From assembly GCF_037042905.1 (NCBI RefSeq), contig NC_087245.1, positions 39,000,001 to 39,064,000 on the forward strand: a stretch of DNA of 64,000 nucleotides, given 5' to 3'. The notes beneath the pieces are model-generated. The model made no database searches and was not told where the DNA came from. It saw only the letters and a program-made list of their open reading frames with translations. Both the position numbers and the translations under genes were made by a program. Positions within the stretch are counted from its first letter, which is position 1, and each line of letters starts with the position of its first letter. This document shows, in pieces, positions 52,831-64,000 of this stretch. The stretch comes from Lytechinus pictus (taxonomy: Eukaryota).

Positions 52831-54384
52831 GTAGATAGATAGATAGATAAATGGTTTATTTGATAAAATTCATACATCATGACGGCCAAGCCGAATTGTG
52901 ATGCATTTACATATAAATTAAAGTGAATCAATACATTAAAAAGGGAATACATAGCATTGAAATTAATAATGGTTAATAAGCGCAAATATTGTGGAATAGA
53001 AATATGAACATGGTTAAAATAGTATGGTCAAAATGTATACTCATTAATAATTGCAAAGGTAACTATAATCATTGATGCATTAATAATTGCAATTGGATAA
53101 TGTATACTTTAAATGATATTAACATTGGAATCTTCATTTCTTCATCTTCATTTGATAACAGTTCTTGTATGGAATTGTCTTAAATAACATCAGGTTTCTA
53201 TAACACAAAGTTTAGCAATCATCATATAAGAATATCTTTGCGATTGATTGCATTGACTTTCATGTACAATCAATCGTGAAAATCAAGCTTTCGCTAACCT
53301 TTGTGTCACCGGACCCAGGTGAGACACAGGGGGCGAACGTCCTCTATAAGGAGCGAAAAAAGAAAGAGGAAAAAAGAAAAATCGAAGAAAAACTAATGAA
53401 GAAAGAAAAGAAATGTTTTAAAGAGTGGTCTTGGTCGTATAGCTATGTAATGCTCATGGCACTGGAGCGGAGAATACCGGTGAGTCGACTTGCCCCGATT
53501 AGTTAAACTACAATGGCGCCGCCCCTGCGTAACATCAGGGGTCCGTCTTACAAAGAGTTACGATTGATCCAATCAATCGTAACTCTATGGAAATCCATCA
53601 GTGTCATAATTTATTTCTACGAAAAATTTGCACAATGTCCTTTGTATGCAAAGAGTGCAGTGAATTTTCAAGAAAACAATGAATGCATGAATATACATCA
53701 TAGCTAGAAAATATTTTGAACAAACATGCATAATATATGTTGACGTTGCTGGCCGTCCATAGTTATGATTGATCGGATCAATCGCAACTCTTTGTAAGAC
53801 GTGTCCCAGGGGTCCATCGCATAAAGATTTGCGATCAAACACAACTTTCTTTTCAACCATTGAAATGCGTGGCCTAGGGACATGTGCTTGATTTTTTTAA
53901 ATTGCGTGTAAATGCAACTCTCTGTGCAACGAGTCTCCGGACTTGTCTCTTCGTCATCATCTCTGCACAACAGTGTAATTCCGATGAGATTGAACATCAT
54001 CTGGGTCCCGTAACACAAAGGTTTATGATCAATCGTACGCTTGATTTTCACAATTGATTGTACATCGTAATCATTGCAATCAATCGTAAAATTGTTTTAC
54101 GATGATTGCTAAGCTTTGTGTTATACGGGCCCCTGATCATATTTTTTCAAAACATTTAAAATGAAACAATTCATTGTGAACTTTGTCAATCGGAAAGCGT
54201 ATCACAACACAGGCTAACCTGTGATTTCCAAGGAAAGGTAAGGCAGAAGCGGATCTAGAGGGGGGGTTGGGGGGGTTGCAACCCCCCCCAAAAAAAAAAA
54301 AAAATCCGGGGACCATTTGTTTAAATCTTATCTTTTTTTTTAAACTTGTAATTTTATTTTATTCTATTTCTATGTATTTACTTC

Positions 54385-54419
<35 letters not shown>

Positions 54420-57400
54420 GATGCAAGAAAACGCCATTTTCACACACAGATTTTCAAAAATTGTCCCTACTGTGGGAGGGGGGACACCCCCCTCCCACAC
54501 CCTCCCCCCTCGCTCGCTCCGCTCGCTTGGACTCGGTCGCTACGCTCCCTCGCATACCACCCCAACCCCCCCCTTTATAAAAAGCTGGATCCGCCCCTGT
54601 AAGGGAAGGAGGGGGATTAATTGGTGACCTCAATTAAAGGGATTCGATTGTTTCCTGTTGGTTTGGAATTGCTTCGGATAGGGGATGACTATGGGTGAAT
54701 ATCATCGGGGCATTTTCAAGTTAATGCTTGTGCAGTCACACCTACGAAACCGACTCCAAACCGACCGCTAGTATGTCATTGGTAATAACACAATAGATTC
54801 GATAGGTCTGAATTCGGTTTCACCCAATGTGACCGTGCCATTTCTCTATGATCACGTGACTCTGGCCTAACGTCTATCGTTTTGAGGAAGTAAACAACGT
54901 GAAACGAAAGTCGACAGTTGTTTGAAAATGTCCAAATATCGGAAGTTAGGGATTGATTTCTTAATCGTGGGTAATAAACAAATACCGTTTTGTTGACAAC
55001 CATGCAAGCAGTGCTTGTGTTTTTCGTCGTTGAATTAATAATCTTCGAGAGTTGACGCCCCTTTTGGTTATCCTCGCCAGCGAAAATAATTGTCCTAATT
55101 ATGTTGGGACAATGGAGCTCATAATGGCACTAGACTAAAAACTGGAACTTGAAAACGTGAAAAGAGAGCTTACATCTTTGTATTTTCAAAGAAAATAACG
55201 CCCATTGAATCTTATAAAATTTTCATTTTTCATTATAGACACCACCCTGATTCGTCACGATTCCTTTGCCATACCATTTTGTCATATAGCTGCCTCTTAT
55301 TGTCTGCATTCATACGTGCCAAACCTACACTAGAATTCAAACTAACTTACTATTTTTTAAGTGTAAGAATCAACATCTTTTTACGACCCCCTTTCTGAAT
55401 ACTGATCAACAATTTCTAGTTGCCACTACTTTGTATTGATTCGGTTAGCATCGAACTTGTCATTCTTCTTGGGTACATAATTTTTCTCTCACCTCGAATG
55501 CCCTACAAAGCGACGGGCAACCAGAAGATGAATATTATATCATGTTGTTTACGCAGAATGTAAAGGTGATTGTCCGAGGTATGTCCTTCCTTTCTTCGAA
55601 TCAGGGATATCGGTCAACAAACTCTATTCTGTTAACAAATTTCATAACACCAGAATTTGGGCATGCGTGCGCATAATCATAAAAAGTGTATGTTATATGG
55701 AATTAGCGGCTGCGTATAATTGTCTTATATTAATAACCATAATAAGCCGTGACATTTCAATCTAGACATAATCATAGCAGTAACCGAATATAGATATACA
55801 TGTAGAGCAACTTTTTTTTGGGCAAATGCTAATATTAGTTTTGACTTTGACAGCGACGCATCATTAGTACACTTTAAGTCAGTTACATCTATTCACCATC
55901 GATTTCAATCATCACAGAGTTTATGTAATGTATTTCAAATTGATTACCAAAGAGATTTATTCTATTTCCAGTCCTCGAAAATCACCAGCTATTCATAGTT
56001 TTTCGCAGTAGTATGAAATTCATGAAGAACATTTTTTTTCTATGTAGACATGCTGATGCTAATGTTAAGTCACTAAGGAATGAAAAAGCCTACATTTCGT
56101 GATTATGTCCTAACTTCTAACCTTTGTCATGTTTGTGTTGCGTAATTTCAGGATTCGTTGACGAATTTGATGGAAAAGCTTCTCTCGGCCGACGCACAAT
56201 TCATCCGCTGTATTAAACCGAACTCGTTCAGCCGACACAACCAGTTCGACCACGAGTTGGTTCTTCGACAGCTTCGGTACACAGGCGTGCTCGAGACTAT
56301 CCGGATCCGAAAGAGCGGATACCCGACACGGCTTCTGTTCCCGGATTTTCAACATCGGTATGACGACTATTTGGGTGTTTACAGATGAATTATCCATTCA
56401 ATAAATTGTTATAAAAAAAAAAACATGTACGACAGTAATGCTAACATTACATTAATTTAATTTGACTGCAATATTATATCAATCAATCAATTCAAAGTCA
56501 CTGTCAGACAAAACCTATTAGGCCTATATCTCGTTTGGCAGTAAAAACTCAAATTGCATCCCGCAAGTGTGCTAGAGGTATTGGTTTATATCGCTTTCAC
56601 TGTTTTGGATTTCAAAACAAAATGTAGTAATCAATCGATCGATCAATCAATCAAACTCTGAATCAATCGAACAACCAACCAACCCACCCCACCCACCCAC
56701 CCACCAACCCACCCAACCAACCCACCAACCAACCAACCCACCCACCCACCAACGAACCAACCAACCACTCACCCAACCACCCCCCAACCAAACCAAACCA
56801 ACCCACCCACCAACCCACCCAACCAACCAACCAACCCACCCACTAACCAACCAACCCACCCACCAACCAACCAACCAACCAACCAACCAATCACCCAACC
56901 ACCCCCCAACCAAACCAACCCACCAACCCACCCAACCAACTAACCCACCAACCCACCTAACCCACCCACCAACCCACCCAACCAACCCACCAACCCACCC
57001 ACCAACCAACCAACCAATCACCCAACCACCCCCCAACCAAACCAACCCACCCCACCCAACCAACCAACCCACCAACCAACCCATCCACCCACCCACCCAC
57101 CCACCAACCAACCAACCAATCACCCAACCACCCCCCAACCAAACCAATCCACCCACCAACCCACCCGCCCAACCAACCCACCCACCCAACCAACCAACCA
57201 ACCCAACCAACCAATTTTATTTAAAGTTTGTTTAAATACAGCTATATTTGGTATCCTTTAAAACGGATCTCGAACAAGTGTGTAAATATAATTTTTTTTT
57301 TAAACATAACTTTATTACTTCAACTGTTGAGATCATATATCTGTATCATGCCCAATATTTTCTCGGTTAGGTACAAGTTCATTGGTTTCCCGATGACAGC

Positions 57401-57482
57401 AGACATCGATCCGCATCCCAAGAAGTGCAAACAAATCTTGGAGGCTGCAGGTTGCACCAACTACCACATAGGAAAAACAAAA
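38174..57482 (+). CDS. Unconventional myosin, class III-related motor domain (no kinase seen); 15 coding exons, 720 aa, 3' part beyond window
   Basis: Exons 38174-38287, 40387-40452, 41116-41343, 43809-43923, 44579-44726, 45435-45670, 46500-46571, 47386-47524, 48190-48415, 49066-49239, 50082-50206, 50774-50893, 51533-51611, 56152-56357, 57371-57482; 2160 nt in frame, all GT-AG. P-loop GESGAGKT, switch [10 protein letters not shown], switch [56 protein letters not shown] and FAWE resemble MYO3. Confidence 0.93.
38405..39680. repeat. (CAT/CAC)n array with higher-order ~200-240-bp units
   Basis: Recurring anchor CGTCATGAATCAT at ~38591, 38808, 39008, 39247; the last three are followed by GACAAAATGTG. 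Confidence 0.9.
40387..40452 (+). CDS. myosin exon 2
   Basis: [22 protein letters not shown]. Confidence 0.93.
40716..40892. mobile_element. palindromic Harbinger-like MITE
   Basis: TTTCAT..AG.TGTTCGTAAGTTAAGAGCGAC / GTCGCTCTTAACTTACGAACAGCTTTATGAAA. Confidence 0.75.
41116..41343 (+). CDS. myosin exon 3 (P-loop)
   Basis: [11 protein letters not shown]...[18 protein letters not shown]...LQEKILQ. Confidence 0.95.
41467..42705 (-). CDS. Heparan sulfate glucosamine 3-O-sulfotransferase-like Golgi sulfotransferase (type II membrane), intronless CDS nested in myosin intron 3
   Basis: 412-aa ORF: N-terminal hydrophobic anchor [18 protein letters not shown], stem, 5'-[17 protein letters not shown], 3'-[16 protein letters not shown]-terminal KGFFC...C..GKGRPHP and FYRPYN...FSW, all HS3ST/NDST family hallmarks. 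Confidence 0.93.
   Translation of the reverse strand: MIMERLSLVALLLASLASLFVLFGDRSGSTNYLHSLRLHRQHGQEGVSSTGGDHSAFAGGQNLMTPGSYGIMPTADGRKDVANQRYTSPSQRHDLETMDNIETILGRINHTDPAWATKADCCYTYSEKRSAIPKSLQEKRHCRKRLPVALVIGVKKCGTGTLSTFLDLHPAVSMTGETRFPSKNVTNTSVISWIQRMRLSSPYQLTMTENPGFFYYHFLSFLKPYLPSRVKFFLLLRDPVDRLISDYAHLVAHSNAPKDRPFDIMYRMYRVRETLEKTILQPGGDIMKSKLISQGMYIERIKKFLDVYRKDQFMFIDGDAFAKDPYPTMLETERFLGLPKFYKRSHFVKNDTKGFFCAHVPERPDRRCMIPGKGRPHPKLPDRVLRKLHDFYRPYNRALNEQLGLNFSWIFT
43310..43765. repeat. (ACA)n then (CTA)n microsatellite
   Basis: directly visible. Confidence 0.95.
43809..43923 (+). CDS. myosin exon 4 (switch I)
   Basis: [30 protein letters not shown]. Confidence 0.95.
44579..44726 (+). CDS. myosin exon 5
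   Basis: [31 protein letters not shown]. Confidence 0.95.
45435..45670 (+). CDS. myosin exon 6
   Basis: ...[29 protein letters not shown]... Confidence 0.9.
46500..46571 (+). CDS. myosin exon 7
   Basis: [24 protein letters not shown]. Confidence 0.9.
47386..47524 (+). CDS. myosin exon 8
   Basis: [26 protein letters not shown]. Confidence 0.95.
48190..48415 (+). CDS. myosin exon 9 (switch II, relay)
   Basis: [45 protein letters not shown]. Confidence 0.95.
49066..49239 (+). CDS. myosin exon 10
   Basis: [20 protein letters not shown]...FGVKHYAKE. Confidence 0.93.
50082..50206 (+). CDS. myosin exon 11
   Basis: [16 protein letters not shown]...[10 protein letters not shown]. Confidence 0.92.
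50774..50893 (+). CDS. myosin exon 12 (loop-2 insert)
   Basis: Open 120-nt phase 2-2 exon with cag|...|gtaagg in otherwise AT-rich intron: [39 protein letters not shown]. Confidence 0.72.
51533..51611 (+). CDS. myosin exon 13 (end of loop 2)
   Basis: [26 protein letters not shown]. Confidence 0.88.
52645..52850. repeat. (GATA)n microsatellite
   Basis: directly visible. Confidence 0.95.
53191..54134. mobile_element. cluster of CWG-flanked Harbinger-like MITEs
   Basis: Palindromes 53191-53318 and 54001-54134 (TAACACAAAG...CTTTGTGT) plus 53536-53810. Confidence 0.7.
56152..56357 (+). CDS. myosin exon 14
   Basis: [24 protein letters not shown]...[21 protein letters not shown]. Confidence 0.95.
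56670..57213. repeat. (CCAA/CCCA)n complex microsatellite
   Basis: directly visible; TCACCCAACCACCCCCCAACCAAACCAA recurs 4 times. Confidence 0.95.
57371..57482 (+). CDS. myosin exon 15 (converter)
   Basis: [37 protein letters not shown] |gtaagt. Confidence 0.92.
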
Positions 57483-58384
57483 GTAAGTGTTTGCCCTTTT
57501 CAATTTGTTTACACCTTTGACAAGTGCAAAGGACAATACACCGCAAAGCTAAGGTGTTGAATGGTGTACATATAAGACTACACCAGTCATTTACTTCGGT
57601 GTTAAATCTCAACACCAACACCAATGGATGTTATAACAACGGTTTTGGTTGTTACTTAAACACTGTTTGGTGTTATGTTGTAACTTCACGGTATAATGTT
57701 AACACCTCAAGGTGTAGTCCTTGAGGGACACCAACTCGTGTTAAGTTTTAACACCTCAGTTTGTATTTAGTGTAAAGTTGTAAAGGACTGGAAAGTCAGT
57801 TGGTAGAGAAATTATTCCGTTGATCTATTTACTAATGCCCCCCTTTTTATAGGTCCTTACTACAATGTTTCTATGAGAGGATGTAAAATATACGATACTC
57901 ATCTCCTTTAATCAAATCAACATTCATGCTTTTGTAAAATTCTGGTAAAAAAAATCAACGATCCAATTGACCAATCAACCTACCCATCTTCAAGGTCATT
58001 CTTTTCAAATAAATTTTTTGTGAAGATGTTTTCAAAATGATATGGTACAGCTTGTACAATCATTTGAAAGGAGAAAGATCAGAAAAGCAATGATAGAAAA
58101 TCGGAGACATACCGATTGTCAAGGTGAAGGCCGGGAAATAAATTTCTATAAGGAATCATCAACTCTTTAACTCAATTATGATTACAATCATCTTATGCAT
58201 CCTCAGTCATTTTCTTAAGACATGGACTAAAAGAAAGTCCTGATTTAGCTCTTCCAGTTCTTTGTATGGGCATGATGACTGCATGGAAGGATGTACCCTC
58301 GAATTTATCTCGCCACCATCTTCGTGTCCAGATAGTTCTGTTGTCATGGTTGCTATGACCGTGTAAATCATTCTTGAGGCATTT

Positions 58385-58661
58385 CTGGGCCCCGTCTTAC
58401 AAAGATTTATGATTGATCCGATCAATCTCAAGTATATGGAAATCCATCGATGTCATAATTTTTCTTTAGGAAAGTTCCTCAATGTCCTTTGAAAACAAAG
58501 AGAAGCATACTGAACTGTCAAGAAAACAGTGAATGTATGGAATATATATCATTTCTAGAAAATATTTTGAACAAACGTGTAATTTTAGATGTCGACGTTG
58601 CTGGCTTTCCATAGTTGCGATTGGTCGGATCAATCGCAACTCTTTGTAAGACGGGGCCCAG
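58385..58661. mobile_element. Harbinger-like MITE
   Basis: CTGGGCCCCGTCTTACAAAGA...TCTTTGTAAGACGGGGCCCAG perfect terminal inversion. Confidence 0.82.
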
Positions 58662-61600
58662 CTATGCAAACGTAATGCCGGAGACATCTTCACACTTTAT
58701 TGGCAGTAATGGGGGATTTACTGAATTGCGTCTGTTTGTGTGAGGTGTGGGTGCTCGGGCGCTTGTATAGGTTTGGGTTTGCCCAAGCTAAGAGAAAACA
58801 TGGTCCTCGACAGACTGGCTATCGGATGTATGTGTTTGTGCGTGCGTCGGCGAGAGAGGCAGTGTGGGTGTGGGTGGGTATATGAGGGTGTGTGTGTGTT
58901 AAATAAAAAATGCATTGACGTTTCAATATTGGTTTTACAGAAAAGTAAACGTCATGAAAATAAACATGAGTCTTTGAAAAAAATGTCAATGTTTTATATA
59001 TTATTTTTTCTTATTCCCTCTCTACTTGTTGACTGAAAAGATATCTGACTTTAGCTCGATGACTGGCACCACTATTTTAATGTTGGGAAAAGTTTCTGTG
59101 TTTAATGTATATTATATGTATATATATGTATGTATACATATTGTCCAACTGATACATGAATTAGTCATGTGCAGATCGAGGATGAAGATAAAAGTGAAAT
59201 CGATTCTTTTATTTTATTCTTTAAGAAATGTCCAGTAAGATCACGTCGTTACCATCCATATTTTTTTTCAAATCTCAGATTCTCTGTCTAGGAATAAAAT
59301 ACCCAGATTATTTTTAGAAGTGTCTCTTAGTGTTCGGGTTTAGTTGCATGTTAACACTGCATGCTTCTAGCCATCGGAAAAACAAAATACTAGACCGTTG
59401 TCTTGTAGGCCTACAAGAGGGAACTCTCTCCCGGGAGCGCTCCGACGGCGATCGGCAGGATCAGTGTTTGAGTCGATGACACGATTTCATCAAGCGAAAC
59501 GTGTTTGTGGTCATGGGCCATGACTAGTCACATCAGAAACGCAAACATTGATCTAAATCGGTCATTCGCATTCCTCGAAAAGACCTGGGATGTTCGACTT
59601 AATGACAACTTCCCAGGCGGTCATCAAGTTTTAGGAATGAAAAACATCCATGCTGTGTATAGCCAAGGCGACACTTCCTTGCCGCCAGTAAGTTGCTATG
59701 GTGTCAGTGTCCTCACGATACTGTCCGTCTCTCACCTGCTGTACGCGACGTGACGTCACAATTATGGGCCATCATTTTGCCGTCATCCATGGGATATTCT
59801 TCAGAAGATATCCACTGATTCATCATTTACCCACTTCAAGAATTAAATGCGGTGTATGGATTTGTGCTTCTTTATTTCATTTCCAATACCCATAACGTCC
59901 CTAGGTGACTATACTGCGCTTCTCCCCTTCACACGCATACCCTATTTACACCTTAATAATAATAATAATAATGATGATGATGATAATAATAGGCATTTGT
60001 ATAACGCCATCTATCTAGAAACAATCTATTCCGAGGCGCATTATATTATCATTACCCCAGCTTTGGCTCGAGCTGCTTTTCAGTGCCCGTTTATTCAAGG
60101 AATTAATCCTGCCGGGTACCCATTCACCTTACCTGGATCGAGTGCAGCACAGTATGGATAAATTAGTCCCTTCTTGGTCTCAAAGGACAAAGACACACAG
60201 ATATATACACGCACATAATTTGATCGATTTATAAACACACCCACGCTCACCCACTCACACACACGCGCGCAATAACACGCGCCGGATATTTCTCCCATCT
60301 CCCACTGACTCTCTGAAGGCTAGTTGTCTGTTGATGTTGCAAACATCATGATTTAAATGTGTAATGGCAATAAATTAATAAAGTCTTGAAAAATCACACT
60401 TCGACTTTGTTCTACAGTCTTTATCGCTTTGATATTGTGTTTCTCACTGAGTTATGAAATGCCTATAGTTTATACAACAAGGATCTCGTAAAAGAGGTAG
60501 GGCTAAGAAGAAGATATCAATTTTTCTAACGATGCACTCGATTTTGCCATAGGAATATCTCTCGCAAAAAAGTACATTGAATTCAGAGTTTAAATGATAT
60601 CATCTCGAATCCTGAGCCAGGATATTTGAATTCAACCGAATCAAACTTGATGACTGAATTATTCCACAGGGCATACAGCAATTTGTGTTCGTCTATGAAT
60701 TCGTGTTTCCTACACCGCCTAGTCCAGTCGCCGCTTAGCAGCTCCAGCAGGATACTTGTCTATTATCAAGACTCCCGAATCTTCCCCCACTGAAGAAACA
60801 AACACAGTTTGAATTTGATGGGACTAATGAGCGTCTCCTCACCGTGATTTTAATCATGATGATAACAGTGATTAATAAAAACGGCTGTACATCTTGGAAT
60901 GCATCCAAGGCGATAGACATCCTCTTGTTTTCATCACGTGTTCCTCATTTGAATAGGTTCAATGGTCTACTTATGGCTCTTAATCAAGCCCTGGATCTGT
61001 CTTGGCGGAAAGTTGAGTTCCAAAAGAGAAGCACAATCTGGTATAGGAGAGGGTATCTCGTTATAGCCGTAATAATTTGGTCCAGATCCAAGTTCGGCCA
61101 GGGACATCCTGGAGGCTGAGACATGTGACGCCCACATGTTGAGTCTGACCTGGTCCTTATCTTGGGATGTCATCAGACCTAGGATTCTTGGTCTAGTGGT
61201 TACCTTGTGCCTTTTGCTTTGTTGACCACTGCATCCAGTTGTGTTTTTCTCATAGCACCAGGATATGTGATACGATCCACCACCCACTCATCTGAAGAAC
61301 CACCATCATGGTGCATGCATGGCCCTATATCATATATTGTCGGATCTTGAGAGACTGGGAATTATTACAGTGGACCAAGAACTACAGTGAAAACTATGGC
61401 TTTGATTGACTGAGATACCCTAGCTGTTCCCATGGTATTTGTGGTAAACTGAAAATTGCATACACATAGTGACGCCATCATATAACATGCCAAACGATAA
61501 TGATGATCTTTGGCATTGTAGGTCGTGTCGTGTCGGGTCGTGTGGTCTAGTGGTTAGATCATTTGACTCATAATCGTAAGGTTGTGAGTTTGAATCCAGA

Positions 61601-64000
61601 CTCTGCCATTGCCTCCACTTTAAGTGGCCCGAGAGTAATATCTGTCGTCTATAAGGTCATTCACTATGACTGATTAAACTGTAGATACAAAATGTTTTCT
61701 AGGTAATTGGTTTTCCACCAGCTTGGCGTTTACCAACATCAGCTGACCTGCCGAGTTCCTACGGGAGTTACCATAAAAAGAAACAGGTTATCATTCAAAA
61801 TGGAGATAAAAAATATCGAGAGTCAGATACACAATGACGACCCCAAATATTTTGAATTGTCCTCCGGGCCTGTCAAATTATCAGCTTTTCTTGACATCCA
61901 TCATAATGGAAATGTAGATTTAACTGCACTTCCAATTGTAGAAGAATAAGGCTTTTGTTTTACGCGGTTGAAACAACATGTTTCTATTCCTCACATAAGT
62001 GAAAGATTTTACCAACATTTCTGTTGAAGTAACTCCGTACCCGTAGAAACTTGGCAAAGCTGCTTACGACGCATCAACGCCAGGCTGCTATAATAATCAA
62101 TATTACATAGGAATAATTTTGCGTCTAAGTTTAGCAGTCAGCATACTGGCTGACTTTAAAGACGATAGAAATTACGCCCGGGACTTTTTAGATATTGGAC
62201 GAGCAGGGATTCGAAATCATAACCTCACTATCACGAGTCAAGTGCTCTTACCACGAGACTACACGATCGACTTTCCTTGAACTAGAGCACAATGTTCTGA
62301 AAAAAGGTATATCCAATTATGGTCTAATCCCTCAAAATTCTCTTGCTCGTTTCACCCGACAAAAGCTGTTTCTCGAATGTCTCTTATCTCCTTCATGATC
62401 AGCTCATGAAGGATACCATAGTGAGTCAACTTTGTTCAGCCTTCCATCCCTGATTTCCCGCCTTTTTATCTCGTTCGACCTTCAACACGTCTGCTATAGG
62501 ATGACGAATAAATGTTAGAGATCAAAAATCACTCCAATCCATTTCATAATAGAAATGTTATTACATATTATGGCTTGCACTTCTATGAAGATTATTACGA
62601 CCCAACTTTTTTACTCACTATTTCATGCAAATTTATCTTCATTATTTTACCAAAGTAAACCACTAGCATGCCTATACAGAAGAAACAATATAGACGTACC
62701 TGGACTCCTGGAGCTTTATCACTTTTTCGGCGGAGTTCCAGGGATGACGTCGTCATCAAGAGGAGTTGATACGTCGGGCAACAGTAGTCGATTTTTTAGC
62801 ATGCTCTATATAGGTCTTCTGTTGCTTTACTCCACCAACTTGTATGTCTTGAGCATAAAGAAGACTATTATATCATACTAACGCGCAACTTGAAAAGTCC
62901 CTCGTGTTAAAATGGAGGTACTTGTACTCCCTCGCATGTTCTCTGTACCATCAATTTTCTTTACATCAAAGTCATTTATCCAATACTTTTGTTGCCCCAA
63001 GCAGATGAACCTGTTTTGTGTTCAGATACCACATCTATGTGTTTTAGTACAAAATTAGCCTCCCTGTTATCTGCTCTCTCAGTGGGTTCGTTTATCGACG
63101 GGGGGGGGGGGGGGTGCAAATCAGATAACTTTATTCGCACTTCATGTAAAATTTAGCTTAAAATGTCTTTAATGGTTTTTTTTTCAAATTAATTTAACAT
63201 GAATATGCCTCAAAATATATGCGATAACTGTTTTTTTTATATTGATTTTGTCATATAAAAAGGAGATTGGTCGCTATACATCAATGTCCAACTGCCATTG
63301 TTCATTAATCTTCGATCTTTAGGCCATCAAGTCCACGGATCTCGGCGTTTCGTCAAAATAAAGAAATATTTAGAAAGGTGCAGTATTCAAAGTTCCACCG
63401 TACCTTTGCTTCGTGTATTATCTGTTGTCGGCTCGGAAATCTGGGGACCTTAATATTGATCGTGTTTTAAGATTAAAGATGATTGATTTTGTTCAAAATT
63501 ATTGGCGGATACAAGAAGGAAAATCTGATTTATGTTTCCAGAAATAAAGTTCCTCTCCTGGCCTGATTGGTCCGAACTACCGAACTTATTGACTGCACGG
63601 GTCAATAAAGGGACTATTATGAAATTCGTTATCATTTCCTCCTATTTTTTGTTTTTTTTATATTTAGTATTCTGGTTGTATTATCTGTTGGTTGTTTTTG
63701 GTTGTTAGTAAACTATTTGTATTCTGAAAAAAATCAATTCTTTATGTAGTGCTTTTCTTGAAGAGATTATAGTTATCATAGCGATTTAAACTCTGGTTTT
63801 TAGTTAATGTTCTTGATCTTAACATAATATTCAGAAAATAGTATACTTCACCCATTTTCCTTTCTTTTCTTTCTTTTCTTCTCCCCTTTCTTGGTTCTTG
63901 AAACTTTTGGGGTCACGGGGTCCCTTTTCTATGTACTACACTGCAAAAACTCCGGTTTTGATTTTAACACCAGCCTGGAATCTATATGTCCACACCAGAG

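Noticed and set aside
56647..57214. Gly/Trp/Val-rich ORFs
   Set aside because: (TTGG/TGGG)n microsatellite artefact
58206..58358. + strand frame VIFLRHGLKES resembling the expected myosin VFL exon
   Set aside because: The only nearby AG gives phase-0 TCA TTT TCT TAA (stop); there is no IQ-like continuation
61203..61355. Minus-strand open stretch SQDPTIYDIGPCMHHDGG...KAKGT bounded by AG and GTAACC
   Set aside because: No recognisable domain or partner exons; could be chance

Overview
AT-rich animal genomic DNA with spliceosomal introns. The repeat and gene content suggest an echinoderm, probably a sea urchin (inference). I assembled three protein-coding genes by hand from splice sites, exon phases and motifs. 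(1) A complete 17-exon, ~826-aa rhodopsin-class leucine-rich-repeat GPCR on + (3491-23031) of the GRL101/RXFP (LGR type C) kind: signal peptide-CUB-2xLDLa-LRRNT-~8 LRR-hinge-7TM. It has almost no C-terminal tail and a probable GC-AG intron. (2) The first 15 coding exons (720 aa, 38174-57482, +) of a class-III-related myosin motor domain. No N-terminal kinase is visible, loop 2 is long and basic, and the gene runs past the window end. (3) A 412-aa heparan-sulfate 3-O-sulfotransferase-like ORF with an intronless CDS (41467-42705, -), nested antisense in myosin coding intron 3. Its PAPS motifs are intact but its acceptor and catalytic residues are altered. Introns and intergenic DNA are dense with palindromic MITEs (Kolobok/TTAA, TA-flanked, hAT-like, Harbinger-like), a Helentron/pearl-like element carrying a satellite, tRNA-derived SINEs, an RTE LINE fragment and long microsatellites. 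Most entries in the ORF track are spurious. No database search was run, so family assignments rest on recalled motifs.
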